DNA of 64,000 bases, from NCBI GenBank assembly GCA_951406725.2, contig OX597817.1, positions 59,520,001 to 59,584,000 of the forward strand. Direction: 5' to 3'. The position numbers were made by a program, and so were the translations under genes. Below the pieces are notes generated by a model. The model saw only the letters and a list, made by a program, of their open reading frames with translations. It was not told the DNA's origin and did not search any database. This document shows, piece after piece, positions 39,551 through 52,559 of the stretch; the first letter of the stretch is position 1; every line of letters begins with the position of its first letter. The DNA is from Octopus vulgaris (taxonomy: Eukaryota).

Positions 39551-40357
39551 GAACTGGGCACAGTGTGTGTGTGTGTGCATAAGTGACATGAGTTTACGTT
39601 TTTTTCCAAATTATCTTCAGGCATTGGTCTGTGGCCATTACACCTTAAAGAATTTAGTCCATTACCCTAGTACTTATTATAAATGTGGTACTTTTTGTAA
39701 CTTAGCAGTTCAGCAAAAGAGACCGATACAATAAGTACTAGGCTAATGGTTATATATATACACACTCACCTTTTACAGTTTCAGTGTATTAAATTCACTC
39801 ACAAGGCATTGGTCACCTGGGACCATAGTGGAAAACACTTGTCCAAAGTGTTGCACAGTGGGACTGAACCTGAAACCACATGATTACAATGTGATCTTCT
39901 TAAACTCAGAGCTAAGCCTGCACCTCAAGTCTCATGAGGAGAACAAAAAAATGTTTCTTGGAGAAAAGGATAGTTTAGTGGAACCAGAAAGGAAACTGAA
40001 GACTACAAATATCCATCCATCCATCATTATAAATGTTCCTTTGTCATTCAGAAGACTCTTTGTGTGTTCAAAATTTAGGATGGATTTCCTATTGTTTTCT
40101 GACAAATCCTCCTCCATCAAGTCAAAGACGATTTGAAGAACCAATGACCACAGCTTTGGATCAAAACTATGAGCACTTCAGCAAGAAAGTCTGTTGTCTT
40201 CTTCATAACATCAAAGCATTGATGTAGATGTGTTCTGGTAATTAATCCTCAAAAGATGCCTGTTATCATCATCATCATCATCGTTTTAACATTCATATCT
40301 CCATGTGTGTATGAGTCAAACAGAAGTTATTGAGGCAGCTTTTCTACAGCAGATGCA

Positions 40358-40705
40358 GTGGAGGTGCAATGGCCCAGTGGTTAGGGCAGCAGACTCGTGG
40401 TAGGAGGATCACGGTTTCGATTCCCAGACCGGGCGTTGTGTGTGTTTATTGAGCGAAAACACCTAAAGCTCCACGGGGCTTGGCAGGGGGTGGTGGCGAC
40501 CCCTGTTGTACTCTTTCGCCCCCAACTTTCTCTCACTCTTTCTTCCTGTTTCTTGTCCCTGACTTCCTACGCAACCACTGAGCCTGGATGTGCATTCATC
40601 CATCTGTCGATGCTCTCGGTGTCGGGGGTTGACCTGCTTACGAATAGCAAAGGACCACGTTTCGGACTTCTCCCACTGGACAAAGACCGCTATGCTCAAC
40701 AGCAA
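40358..40705 (+). mobile_element. SINE family D copy
   Basis: Head GTGGAGGTGCAATGGCCCAGTGGTTAGGGCAGCAGACTCG..GGTTTCGATTCCC. The body is nearly identical to 43200-43375. Confidence 0.85.
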
Positions 40706-42199
40706 CAGCAGATGCACTTTCTGTTACCAATCATCACCTGTTTTCAAACAAGGTAACATATCTTCTTGGCCAGACATGTTTTCACACAATATCAAGACAA
40801 GGTAGCATATACATATACATACTCACACATGCACATATATTCATGTCTATACACACACATACACACACTGTGGGTTTTCGGCTTCTGTCTACCAAATGTA
40901 ATCAAAAGACTTTTGTTAGTTGGGGGCTATGGTAAATGACACTGATTCAAGATGCCACTCAGTCGGACTGACCTGAAATTGTTAGAAATACAGGGTGGGG
41001 AGAGACATACATGCACAGACACACCCAGAAACCTGCACCAATGTAGGCTAAATAATTTTCCAGAATATTTGAAGGTGAATCTAGCAAGAAGCAATTATAT
41101 CACATGACCTTTGGAACACTTATCTCTGCACTTTACAAAACCCGAAGCTGTAAGGTCAGTTAAAAACATAACAGAAATATTTCTCTTTCTTTTCCAACCA
41201 TGAGTTTGTAGTTAATAAGCATTAATCTATTTTAGTAGAGGCTTTGTAGTAATTTAGTTTAATAAGTCTTCAAAATACCCAAGTACCTCTTTAGATTTGG
41301 TTGTCTTCCAAATAATGTAACTGCTGATGCAGATGGATTCAAATAGTCAAGAAAGCTTACTTTCTGATGATGCTAGCATTGACTAAAATTTTACAATTAA
41401 AAATGGAAAAGGAACAACACTGCAGAAGAATTTTAGGCGAGTGTGATCTAGAATTTCATACAAGGCATCTATTATATGGCATTGTTGATACAAACACTAT
41501 CTCATGAGGCTTGGGAAGCACTTGAAATGCTTCATAAAAGAGTCTTCTTAAGTCTGTCAGGAATCCCAAGACTCATGAGACCAGAAATTAACTTGGTTTC
41601 CATGGTGTGTAAAGTGTCTAAGATTACAATACTTCCCCTTAAATGGGATGCTGGTCTGTTACAGGATGAACTTCCAAGCTGCTGCAGAAATTGTTTTGCA
41701 GATGAGTGGACTGAGGCCAGGTGAAATGAAGTGTTTTATTCAAGAACACAAGGCACCACATGGTCCAGGAATTGAAACCATGGTCTTATGGTTGTGAGTG
41801 CAACACTGTAACCATTAGGCAACTTTCATGTATGAAAATAACAATCTCTAAAGATACACACTAAAAGATGCATCCATAAAAATATTCTTTTCCGCTCTAG
41901 GTATGAGGCCTGGAATTTTGGGGGAGGAGGCCAGGTGATTAGGTTGACCCCAGTAAGCAACTGGTACTTAATTTATCAATCCTAGAAGGATGAGGGGCAA
42001 AGTTAACCTTGGCGGAACTTAGATCATAAAGACATGAAATACCGCTAAGCATCTCACCCTGCGTGCTAACGATTCTGCCAGCTTGCCGTCTTGTATGCAG
42101 GAAAATGTTGAAGAGAAACACGTTAGGGAATAAATAAGAATCCTAATAGCAGAATGGGGTACGTTCTTAACATAAAGGATGTTGACTATGGAGTGAGGG

Positions 42200-43760
42200 G
42201 TGGTGGTGGAGGATGAAGAACACCATCTTGTATTTTATAATTTCATCATTACCAATATCGAGGAGGGAAGAACTTATCCAAAATTCTATGATGTTTCTGG
42301 TGCATCACTTCTTTGAACAGCTCAGTGTAGGAACTGAGCTTATTGTAAATTCTTCTTGGAATTATTCTATGTCCACAATTAGGATTGCCATTAGCAGAAA
42401 CTTGCAGATCTTCCTCTCTTCTAAATACCATTCCTATTGCAATATTCTTTGTATTTTAGTGGAGTTGATGGAATTTCCATATTTTTATCTGTATTCTCAT
42501 CTTGTTTAGGCTCAAAGTTCTTCTTTAGATAAAACTTTCCCTATGGGACCCTAGCAACTCAACCATATCATCCTCTATGACTCCTTCAAACCCTACATCA
42601 TTTGCAAGGGTCACAATATCTCCCTCAATTTCATAGACATTCTGGTTTGTGCAAAACTTGCAAAGTTACACGTACAGTCTGGCCATGTGTTTTTTTGCCA
42701 AGCGCCATTCAAGAGCTGAAGGTTTGGTTTCATCTCATGATTCCTCTAGATTATCCACAGCATCCATTATGTTGAATTACTTTCAGAAGTCTCCAGCTGT
42801 AGATCTAGCCTTTCTGTCATTTGCTTTAATGAGTTGTTTGAAAATCCTCTGCTGATGCCTTGATCTTAGCCATCACACTTTGATCCATTGACTGGAGAGC
42901 AATGAAGTTGTTGTATTCTTTTCTCGCATTATCAGAAAATTTATTTAAGTCCATTGGATGGCTTGGTTTGCTATTTTCTCCAAGGAGCCAACAAAGAGTG
43001 ATGTTTTGTGGGAAATATTATGTTTGGCACTGTACCTCTTTCTACAGCAGAACAAAAACTATTTGGAAACCACTCTTTGTAAAAGTTCTTAGTCATCCGT
43101 GCTTTCTTCCTTGAAGACTAAATCAAAGGTAAATTAAACTCAGAGTTTGAGCAGCTCTTGAAAGTCCTTGGATTTTCAGAGTAAAACATGAGTAAAACAT
43201 TGAGCGAAAACACCTAAAGCTCCACGGGGCTTGGCAGGGGGTGGTGGCGACCCCTGTTGTACTCTTTCGCCCCCAACTTTCTCTCACTCTTTCTTCCTGT
43301 TTCTTGTCCCTGACTTCCTACGCAACCACTGAGCCTGGATGTGCATTCATCCATCCGTCGATGCTCTCGATGCTCTCTTAATTTTTGTATAATCTGTGAC
43401 ATTTTCTATTCTATATGAAGTGTCAGACAATTTTTGGAATCTTTAAATCTTGATCTTGTTTTTTCTTCCTGAAATAAAATATCCAAGAGGCATTAGTTTC
43501 CAGAAAAGTGCAGTTTCGTAAACATTTGCATTCTTGGTCTGGTGTGTGGCCCTTACCCCCACCCCATCAGGAATCATTTTCTTTAGCTGCTCACAACAAT
43601 CCGTAGCAACCTCTGTATCAACATTGTCAGCTTTATCAGTCACTTTTTTTATGTTGTGCAAAGTCAAATGCATCTTAAACATTTAAAACCAGCCTCAACG
43701 AACTAAAGAAGAGTCTCCATTAGAAATTTCCATCTTCCGCCTACCATGCCCATTGCATTG
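42200..43760 (-). pseudogene. Tigger/pogo-family transposase remnant, interrupted by a SINE D fragment (43200-43375)
   Basis: Minus-strand traces RGWF..LHNIK..DTEVA..LKKMI..NVYETALFWKLMP; LPLI*SSRKKARMT..YKEWF; LQSMDQSVMAKIKA; FNIMDAVDNLEES; DVGFEGVIEDDMVELLGSH. Many stops and frameshifts. Confidence 0.85.
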
Positions 43761-43821
43761 GTTAATCTAGGATTATAAGTAAAAGAGACTCCTGCATAAG
43801 TAAATGGTAATTAATAATATT

Positions 43822-44803
43822 CTAGAGTAAAGAAATCATATTGCAAGGAAAACAGCTAAATCTGTAATTTTATTTTTTCTTGATTGTAATTCAATACTAC
43901 CTCTATGTGACTGCTCAGCCTGCTAAAAATAGTAGCCAAATCTTGCACAAATTACAACCCCACAATTTTAACTTTTTATCATATTTCTGTTGGAATACTC
44001 AGCCTTTGTTTGAAAATAATAATTTAGTAGAGTAAGCGTATCTTATTCTTCTGGTGTTTTGAACTGAAATTAACATGAAATTTTAATGGAAATTTTAAGC
44101 TTAAATCACTTTAAAATAATAAGCTTGTATCCTAGAACTGGGGGATGATCTCAGCCAAGGTAGTATGAGAAGGGGCTAAAAAGGGAGAAAGTAGCAGGGT
44201 CTGCTTGAGCAGAGCTGACCTTCAACTAAACATTAACAACAACAGACGGGTTTTTCCTGTAAACCTGAGATGTGGTGCATTATGGAAGTGGTGATAGTTT
44301 CTGTTTGATGTTGTGAAGCCATTGAGTGATGAATCCTGATCTCTCAGATACATCAAACAGGTGTGTGTGTGTGGGGGGGGGCGTTATATCAAAAGTGACA
44401 TTCTTCAATCTACAGTCAAAACAAAAAGAAACTAAACAAACATATTTTGCAGTGCTTAGTTACATATCTAGCGTTAGGAGTTCAAATCTTGCTAAGTCGA
44501 ACTTTGTTTCTCATCTGTCCAGTGTCAGTAATGTAAGTACCAGGCATATTCTGGGGTTAGAATAACTGAGTGTTCCCTTCTCCCAAAGTTTATTGGTCTA
44601 GAGTAAAGAAATCATATTGCAAGGAAAACAGCTAAATCTGTAATTTTGTTTTTTCTTGATTGTAATTCAATACTACCTCTATGTGGCTGCTCAGCCTGCT
44701 AGAAATAATAGCCAAATCTTGCACAAATTACAACCCCATAATTTTAACTTTTTGTTATCATATTTCTGTTGGAATACTCAGCCTTTGTTTGAAAATAATA
44801 ATT
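43822..44803. repeat. ~200-bp direct duplication (43822-44024 and 44597-44803)
   Basis: TCTAGAGTAAAGAAATCATATTGCAAGG...GTTTGAAAATAATAATT occurs twice with few differences. Confidence 0.9.
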
Positions 44804-45197
44804 GTTTGTGTCATTTATTATTATCATTGTTCTGAGTTCAAATTCCACAAAGGTCAACTTTACCTTTCATCCTTTCGGGCTCTATAAAATAAGTACCAGT
44901 GAAATACTGGCGTCAGTGTATTCGACTCATCTCCTCTCCCAAAACTGCTGCCCTTGTGACAAAATTTGAGACCCTTGTTATTATTTGTTAAGGTGGTGAG
45001 CTGGCAGAGTCATTAGCACACCGGGTGAAATACCATATTTCGTCTGCCACAATGTTCTGAGGTCGACTTTCTCTTTCATCCTTTCAGAGTTGATAAATTA
45101 AATACCAGTGGATTACTGGGGTTGATGTGCTTGACTGTACCCCTCTCCACAAAATCCAGGCCTTATGCTTATAGTAGAAAGGACTATTATTATTGTT

Positions 45198-45540
45198 AGT
45201 TCTATATTTAAGAGATGAGGAATTATTTACATTATTTACATTTGACGGATATTTGTCCTCATCTTGTTTGTTGTTAACACAACGTTTCAGCTGATATACC
45301 CTCCAGCCTTCATCAGGTGTCTTGGGGAAATTTCGAACCTGTGTTCTCTCTTGGGGTTAGTAGCCTGCACTCTTAACTACTACGTGCATATGGCGTAGTG
45401 GTTAAGAGCGCGAGCTACTAACCTCAAGATTCCAAGTTTGATTCCAGGCAGTGACCTGAATAATAATAATAATAATATCAAAAAATACCTTTGGAATGAG
45501 AACCCAGGTTCAAAATTTCCCCAAGACACCTGATGAAGGC
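45198..45540. mobile_element. Head-to-head pair of a tRNA-headed SINE-like element carrying a hammerhead motif
   Basis: Plus arm 45384-45540: A box TGGCGTAGTGG, B box GTTTGATTCC, (AAT)n, then ..GACACCTGATGAAGGC (truncated). Minus arm 45198-45384: partial head, internal deletion, full hammerhead and tail. Confidence 0.8.
45276..45321 (-). ncRNA. Minimal type-I hammerhead ribozyme motif
   Basis: GACAC CUGAUGA A GGCUG gaggguauau CAGCU GAAA CG UU GUGUU: 5-bp helix I, intact CUGAUGA and GAAA cores, 5-bp helix II, palindromic ACGU helix III, GUU triplet. Confidence 0.8.
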
Positions 45541-46474
45541 AACCCTGATTGAGCAGAACTATGGTTAAAGGCATTCCATCTGTGACTTCCCCATTTAACG
45601 TTTGTTTTCCATCCTGGCTGGCAGTGGATGAATCATTACTGTCCCATGTGGTGTTTACTCACAGTAACTGCCCTCTTTGATGGATCTGAAAGCTACGTCT
45701 TGCTTATTTGTTTCAATTTTGGCCTGATTCCTGCAGCTAGATGCTCTTTCTGAGAATTCTTAAACCATACTGTTGACATTATTTCTGGTGGACAGACACC
45801 AATGCAGCTAGTTGTGGAATGCGATGCTGACAGGAAAAACAATAATTATAAACAAAAGTTTATTGTTTAGATTCATCATTATTGTTATATTGTTTTATAA
45901 TCCTCTTGGCCATGCTTACATGAGTCAGGTGGAATTTATTATGGTAGATTTTCCAGGGCTGGATGCTCTTCCTGTTTGTTGCCAACTCTCCTCTCTTTCC
46001 AAGCAAGGTGGTATTTCCCCATGGCTGGATCAGAAACAAACAATGCTGCTTGTGATGATGTTGATGCTCCTTTACACATAGACACACACACACATACATA
46101 TATATATTTCATCATCATCATTGTTTGACGTCTGTTTTCCATACTGGCAAAGGTTGGACAGTTTGACAGGGGCACACTGGTAAGACGGGAGGCTGCACCA
46201 TGCTCCAATCTGACTGGCAAGGTTTCTACAGCTGGATGCCTTTCCTAATGCCAACCACACCGAGAGTGTAGTGGGTACTTTTTACATGCCACTGGCACGG
46301 GAGCCTGTCAGACGGCACTGGCATTAGCCATGTTCAGATGGTGCTTTTTATGTGCCACTGGCAGAGGTGCCAGTCAGGTGGCACTGTTCCTCTTTTATAG
46401 TCTAACCTCTCTCTCTGCGCTCACAGCCATTTCCCTTGGTTCCACTCTTTCTCTCAACTCACAGACTTTTGTCT

Positions 46475-46522
<48 letters not shown>

Positions 46523-47850
46523 TTTATCACATTTATATTGAATGTGAATATATTGTATTTATTTTCTAGAAACAATACATATTTGGATTATTTTTAAAAA
46601 AATAAGTGTCAACATTTATTTACTGGATACCTTTTTTTTGTTGTTGTTTGTAGTGGAAGAGCAATTGTTTGTTCTGTGATTTGGTGTTTACAGTAAAGGA
46701 AATATCAAATGTGGCTCTTCTCTATATTTTACATTGTAAAACCAGTCAACAGAGAAAGAAGTATCAAATAACTTTCCTGAACCACTTTTCTCTGTCTGGC
46801 CTCTGCCTCTCTCTCTCTCTCTCTCTCTCTCTCAGTATTTAATGAGACACAGGATATGAGATTAGCTAATGGTGGGAGGTGTTGTTCTCACGATCCTGGT
46901 TTTGATTCTTAGACTCGGCCTTGCATTGTGTTCTTGAGCAAAACACTTCAATTCACAACATTTTGCTCCAGTCCACTCAGCTTTGAATAGGTAACCTTGC
47001 AATGGGCTATCCTTCTGACCAGCAGGAACCTTGGCCAGTTGGGGTGGATTCATTTGGAAGTTGAAGCGATGCAAAGTGTATTGTGACCAGTGATGTATAA
47101 CAACATCTGATAGTCTGGTCAGTGTTATATGTGTATGTGTGTGTGTTTGTATTTGTATGTGCATGTGTATGTTTTATATCTCGTCATGACAATGTGTGAT
47201 TGTTGACATGAATGGCACTCATTTCCACTATTCTGCAAAAACATGTCTGGCCAAAGGGAAATATTTCTTTCTTTATTATCCAGCGGGGGCTAAACATAGA
47301 GGGGACGAACAAGGACAGACATAGGGATTAAGTCGATTACATCGACCCCAGTGTGTAACTGGTACTTATTTAATCAACCCCGAAAGGATGAAAGACAAAG
47401 TCGACCTTGGTGGAATTTGAACTCAGAATGTAAAGACAGATGAAATAACTGCTAAGCATTTCGCCTGCCATACTAACAATTCTGCCAGCTTACTTTGAAA
47501 CACATAAGTGTTGGCAACAGGAAGAGCATCCAGGCCTAGAAAAGTGGACATTAGAAGGATGATGTGTATAATGAAGAATAACATCAAACTGTTTCCATTC
47601 CCATTTTACTACACACTAATAATTATAAATAATGGTTTTTATCATTGACACCATGGCCTCGATATTTTCTTTCTGTGTGGTGCTGGTGAGGACAGTCAAT
47701 TATATTGACCTTCGTCATTGATTGGTCTTTCATTGACTCTGGAATGACAACCTTGGCTGGAATTGAACTCAGATTGTTTTAAGAGCCAGAACAAACACTA
47801 CAACGCATTTTATCAAGTTCTCTGATGCTGCTCCAGTCCATCACTCTTAA

Positions 47851-48050
47851 CCTTTTTCTTACCATTTTTTGGCCGAAATACACTGTTTTCCTTTCAGTTT
47901 CAAAAATGATGAAGAATATAATAAATAGGTTTGTCATTATTGAGCTGATATTTGAAATACATTAACGTGAAACTTTAACTTAGATCACTTTGAATTAGGA
48001 AGTCTGTTGCAGAGCCAAGGGTGGTCTCGGCCAGTTTGGTATCAAAAGGG
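47851..48050. mobile_element. piggyBac-type MITE, diverged relative of 30052-30273 in opposite orientation
   Basis: TTAA on both sides; ends CCTTTTTCTTACCA / TGGTATCAAAAGGG. Partial relatives at ~43970-44180 and ~48730-48800. Confidence 0.75.
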
Positions 48051-49424
48051 TTAATGATGATGATGATGATAATGGTCACTTTTATTTGTCACAGGGGCAT
48101 TGGATGAAAGAAATATTACAAGGACGGTTTACATAAAAGATGAAGTGGTGAGAAGAGAAGGAAACAAGATAAAAGCATATACAGTGTACAGAATACGTAG
48201 ACACATGACGCAGTTCTCTTGATAGAGGAGGGAGCACCACAGATCCAGGATTACCCTGACCCACAGGGCCACAAGCCACTACCCAGCTGTCATTCCCCAA
48301 TCTACAGACACATAATCATGACGTTTATTTTTAAATCCTGCACAAATTCACAAGGAAGGGATTATTCAATTCTAGGCAAAGTGGTCCGAGTTCCTTTGGA
48401 GCATTGGGCCTCGCAGAGGCAACAACCGAGACCTTTGGTATTACATCGTACTTGAGAAGAAGACCCTTCAAGCCAAGCAAACTCACAGTCATGGGCAGAT
48501 AATGGTGTCACACAAATGGCACCTGTGCCAGTTGTGTGTAAAAGCACCCATTACACTCTTGGAGTGGATGGCATTAGAAAGGGCATCCAGCCATAAAAGA
48601 CCATACCAAATTAGACTGGAGCCTGGTGCAGCCTTCCAGCTTACCAGCCCTGGTCAAACTGTCCAACCCATGCCAGCATGGACAACAGACTCTCTGAGTG
48701 CTCTTGTTTTATCTATTTCCAGAAGTTAACCTTCCTCTTACCATATTTCTTTTGAAATTCACTGCCTTTATTTTAATTAATTTCAAAGATAATTAAAAAT
48801 CTACTCCAACATCTTTGGGATGTCTGATTCTGATGCATCCACTCAATCAGAGCTGATTAAACAAGGATTTAAAAAAAAAAATTGCCAAAGTAGACTCCGA
48901 GTTTTAGTTAACTAATTAATACTGCAATCAAATCTTGGTTCAAGAAATTTTCCAGTTTTAATTATTTACTATTTTTGTAGAGGTGAAGGTGGGAGAGCGA
49001 GCAGGATCGTTAGCACCTGAGAAAGATTGCTCAGCAGCAGTTAATAATGAAATGAAATTATTGTATACAGTGCTCAGGTGCAAACTTTGCCTTTCAGCTT
49101 TTTAAGGTCAATACAATACAGTACCGGACACCCGCCCACCCTACTCCTAAAATTGCTGGCTTTGTGCAGAAATCTGAAGGAAATAAGGGTTTTGTAGAGA
49201 TGGGGAACTGTTGTTGTTCACTGTTCTAATCCTCGGGATATTTAGCTTGACAGGGGATAAAGGGCAGAGAAAGAAGGTTCATTAACATAGCCCTTTAACG
49301 CTATGGTACTTAAAATGTGGGACTGGCTAAGACTCTCTCTCTCTCTCATACATACTTATCCGCTCTCTCTCTTCCACTCTCATTTTTATATATCTGTTAC
49401 AATTTGTCATTACATCTACAAATA

Positions 49425-49723
49425 GGTACTACTTGAGAACAATGGTCCCGCTGCGCGCACTCGCGCATCCGCGCTAGCTAGTCGTGACTAGTCGATCCTA
49501 CAACGACTACCTAGCAAAGTAAATAAAACACAAAATAAATAATTTCTTTACACAAAGTAAATAATTTTTGTTACACGAAGTAAATAAAACACAAACACAC
49601 AAAGTAAATAATTTTTTAAACAAAGTAAATAACACACAAAAACAAAGTAAGGATCGACTAGTCATGACTAGCTAGCACGGATGTGCGAGTACGCGAGTGC
49701 GCACACTGTTCTCAATTAGTACC
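49425..49723. mobile_element. MITE with long CpG-rich terminal inverted repeats and A-rich repetitive core
   Basis: GGTACTACTTGAGAACAATG..GCGCTAGCTAGTCGTGACTAGTCGATCCT pairs with AGGATCGACTAGTCATGACTAGCTAGCAC..CTGTTCTCAATTAGTACC. The core is AAAGTAAATAA repeats. Confidence 0.85.
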
Positions 49724-49894
49724 CTCCAGATATTACATATATAGGAATATGTATATTCTCACATAAATGCTGTCACACCAAATGTTTAGACATCTGCATA
49801 ACACAAACATTCTGCGCAAACTTGAAAATATCGAAACATTTTCCACAGAACCACACACACTCAAACGCTCACAAACACACAGAGAAATACAGTC

Positions 49895-50124
49895 CATGCA
49901 TATACATACACCTGCATTTTACTAAACACACTCACAAAGACTAATTATCGTGCAATGAAAAAAATAGTAATAATAATAATGCTGTGAACACAAACATCTC
50001 TTGTTACAGCATGCATATACATACACCTGCATTTTACTAAACACACTCACAAAGACTAATTATCGTGCAATAAAAAAAATAGTAATAATAATAATGCTGT
50101 GAACACAAACATCTCTTGTTACAG
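49895..50124. repeat. 115-bp tandem duplication
   Basis: 49895-50009 and 50010-50124 differ at one position. Confidence 0.95.
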
Positions 50125-50343
50125 TTGTGCCAGAATGTGTTGTCACCGTTGATAAAAAAACAAACAAACAAACCCCGTTGTAATCATCATCAATGTGTTT
50201 GATGTGTTAGTGACATTGGCGGCACATGTATACAGTTGCTTGTACCTACTATTTTCTGTCAATACAAACTAAAACTGTTGACTACTTTTAGTTAGCAGTC
50301 TCTCTCCTCACCGTTACATCCTCATTTCTTTATTTCCTTTTCT

Positions 50344-50375
<32 letters not shown>

Positions 50376-50559
50376 GCACCTTGCCATCCCGCCTGCCCTC
50401 CTCCCCTACCAAATACACATTCTCTTGTATAAATGAAAGCCAAGCTACTAAAGAGACAGACAGACAGACAGACAGAGAAGGTAACAATGTAACACTGACT
50501 CCAGCTAACCTCACCATCATTGAAATTCCTCCACCTTCTCTTGTCTCTTTACTAACTAC

Positions 50560-50593
50560 AGTCTGTGTGTGTGTGTACCTGTATGTGTGTATG

Positions 50594-50632
<39 letters not shown>

Positions 50633-50790
50633 GTATGTGTGTATATGTGGTTATTCGAGTGTGTGTGTATGTATCTGTATGTGTGTATATGTGGTTGTTC
50701 GAGTGTGTGTATATGTGGTTATTCGAGTGTGTGTGTGTATCTGTATGTGTGTATATGTGGTTATTCGAGAGTGTGTGTGTGTGTGTACAC
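50560..50790. repeat. GT-rich minisatellite
   Basis: Four units containing GTGTATATGTGGTT(A/G)TTCGAG. Confidence 0.9.
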
Positions 50791-52559
50791 GCAAACACTG
50801 TATGTGTATGACTGCTCAGACACATAGATATATAATGCGTGTGTTGTCATAAACACACCAGCAAAATATCCTAAACACATTTTTTGCAAACATTCATCCT
50901 TGTGAATAGGTCTGCATACATCCATCTCCGTTGCCCCCCCCTCTCTTTATATATATATGTATATATATATATACACACAAACACACTCATAAAATGCATG
51001 TAAATATGTAAGTATATAGACGTGACTGTTGTATACAAGGAGAAACGTAGATGTCTGCATTGCTCATCCATTGACATGAGTGCTTATGTATGTATTTATG
51101 TATGTGTGTGTATATATAGAGAGACACGCATACATACAAAGCGTGAGAGACAGATGCGTGTATATTTGTATGAACACATTTATGTACACACACACACACA
51201 CACACACTCATCTTCCCCTCCCCCTTCGCTGACACGTTTGTGTGTGTGTGTGTGTGTGTCATATGCTTAATCCTTGACAGCTAAAATAATGTCGTTGAAG
51301 AAGTTAATACTTTTTTTACTTACAACTTTATTGCTCCCTCCTTCACTTGACAACATTTGCTGCTACTGATGATGATGATTTCTTTAATTGCCACAAGGGT
51401 TCTCACTGGGTACATTACTAAACACAAAAACAGTGACTTGGAATTGTGAGGACTGACGACAAGTGCTTTTCCTGTTGGGCCCATAATACTACCACTACTA
51501 CTACTACTACTATTTATTATTATGGATGAAAGGCAAAGTTGACCTTGGTAGTTCAAATTCTGCCGAGGTCCACCTTGCCTTGTCATCCTTTCAGGGTCAA
51601 TGAAATAAGAACCAGTTGAGCACTGGGGTCGATGTAATCGACTTAACCCTTCTCCCCTAATTTCAGGCCTTGTGCCTTTAGTAAAAAGCGCTGCTGTTAT
51701 TATTATTATTTCTTTATTAAACTCAAGCTAATTATAAATACATAATCATTTGGGTACAATCTACTAAAAACCTTTGAGTGTGTGTGTCTATATATATGCA
51801 TTTTAAAATTTTATTGTATTGTTTTGCAAGATACTTGGTGACCCTGTCAGTGCAGGTTCCACTTAAAAAGCAACCAGTCCACACTGTAAAGTGATTGGTG
51901 TTAGGAAGGACATCCAGCTGAAAAAAACCTTGCCAAAACTTGTACCACTTAAAAAGCACCAAGTCCACTCTGCTGAGTGGTTGGTGTTAGGAAGGACATC
52001 CAGCTGCAAAGATCCTGTCAAAACAGTCACAGAATTCTGGTGCAGGCTTCAGCCTGGCCAGCTCTTGTGAAACCATCCCACCCATGCCAGCATGGAAGGT
52101 GGACGTTAAACGATGATGAAGATGATATATATATATATATATATCTTATGCCCTAACCATATTTTTATCTACTTTGGAATTAAGACTTTACTTTCCTTGT
52201 CCACCACCTCACTGTCTCTTTACATTTCCATTTACTGTTTGTTTCCTTCTGATATAAAGCAAAAAGCCTGGCAGAGGCACAGTCTTAAGAGCACACCTTG
52301 GATCTTTTCTATAAACTGGCATTGAAAACAGAGTTGGTACAGAAACAGTTCTTACTGATCAGTTCAGATGGGTTAAAGCCTTTCTTTGGATATGTACATA
52401 GGCATGGCCTCCCAACCACCTTCTTCCACATTGAGTCTCACTGTATGGTACCTTGGGCAAGTGTTTTTTACTATAGCCCTGAGATGACCAGATCTTTGTG
52501 AGTGGATTTGGTAGACAGAAACTGAAAGATGCCCGTTGTATATATGCATATATATCGAT

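Noticed and set aside
39930-40260. Possible Tc1-like transposase trace (FLLFSDKSS)
   Set aside because: Only one degenerate motif; no DDE triad or TIRs could be confirmed.
45384-45458. Possible tRNA gene (also heads at 6838-7161, 20222-20528 and 40358)
   Set aside because: A and B boxes are present, but there is no complete acceptor stem or T-run terminator and each continues into a SINE body.
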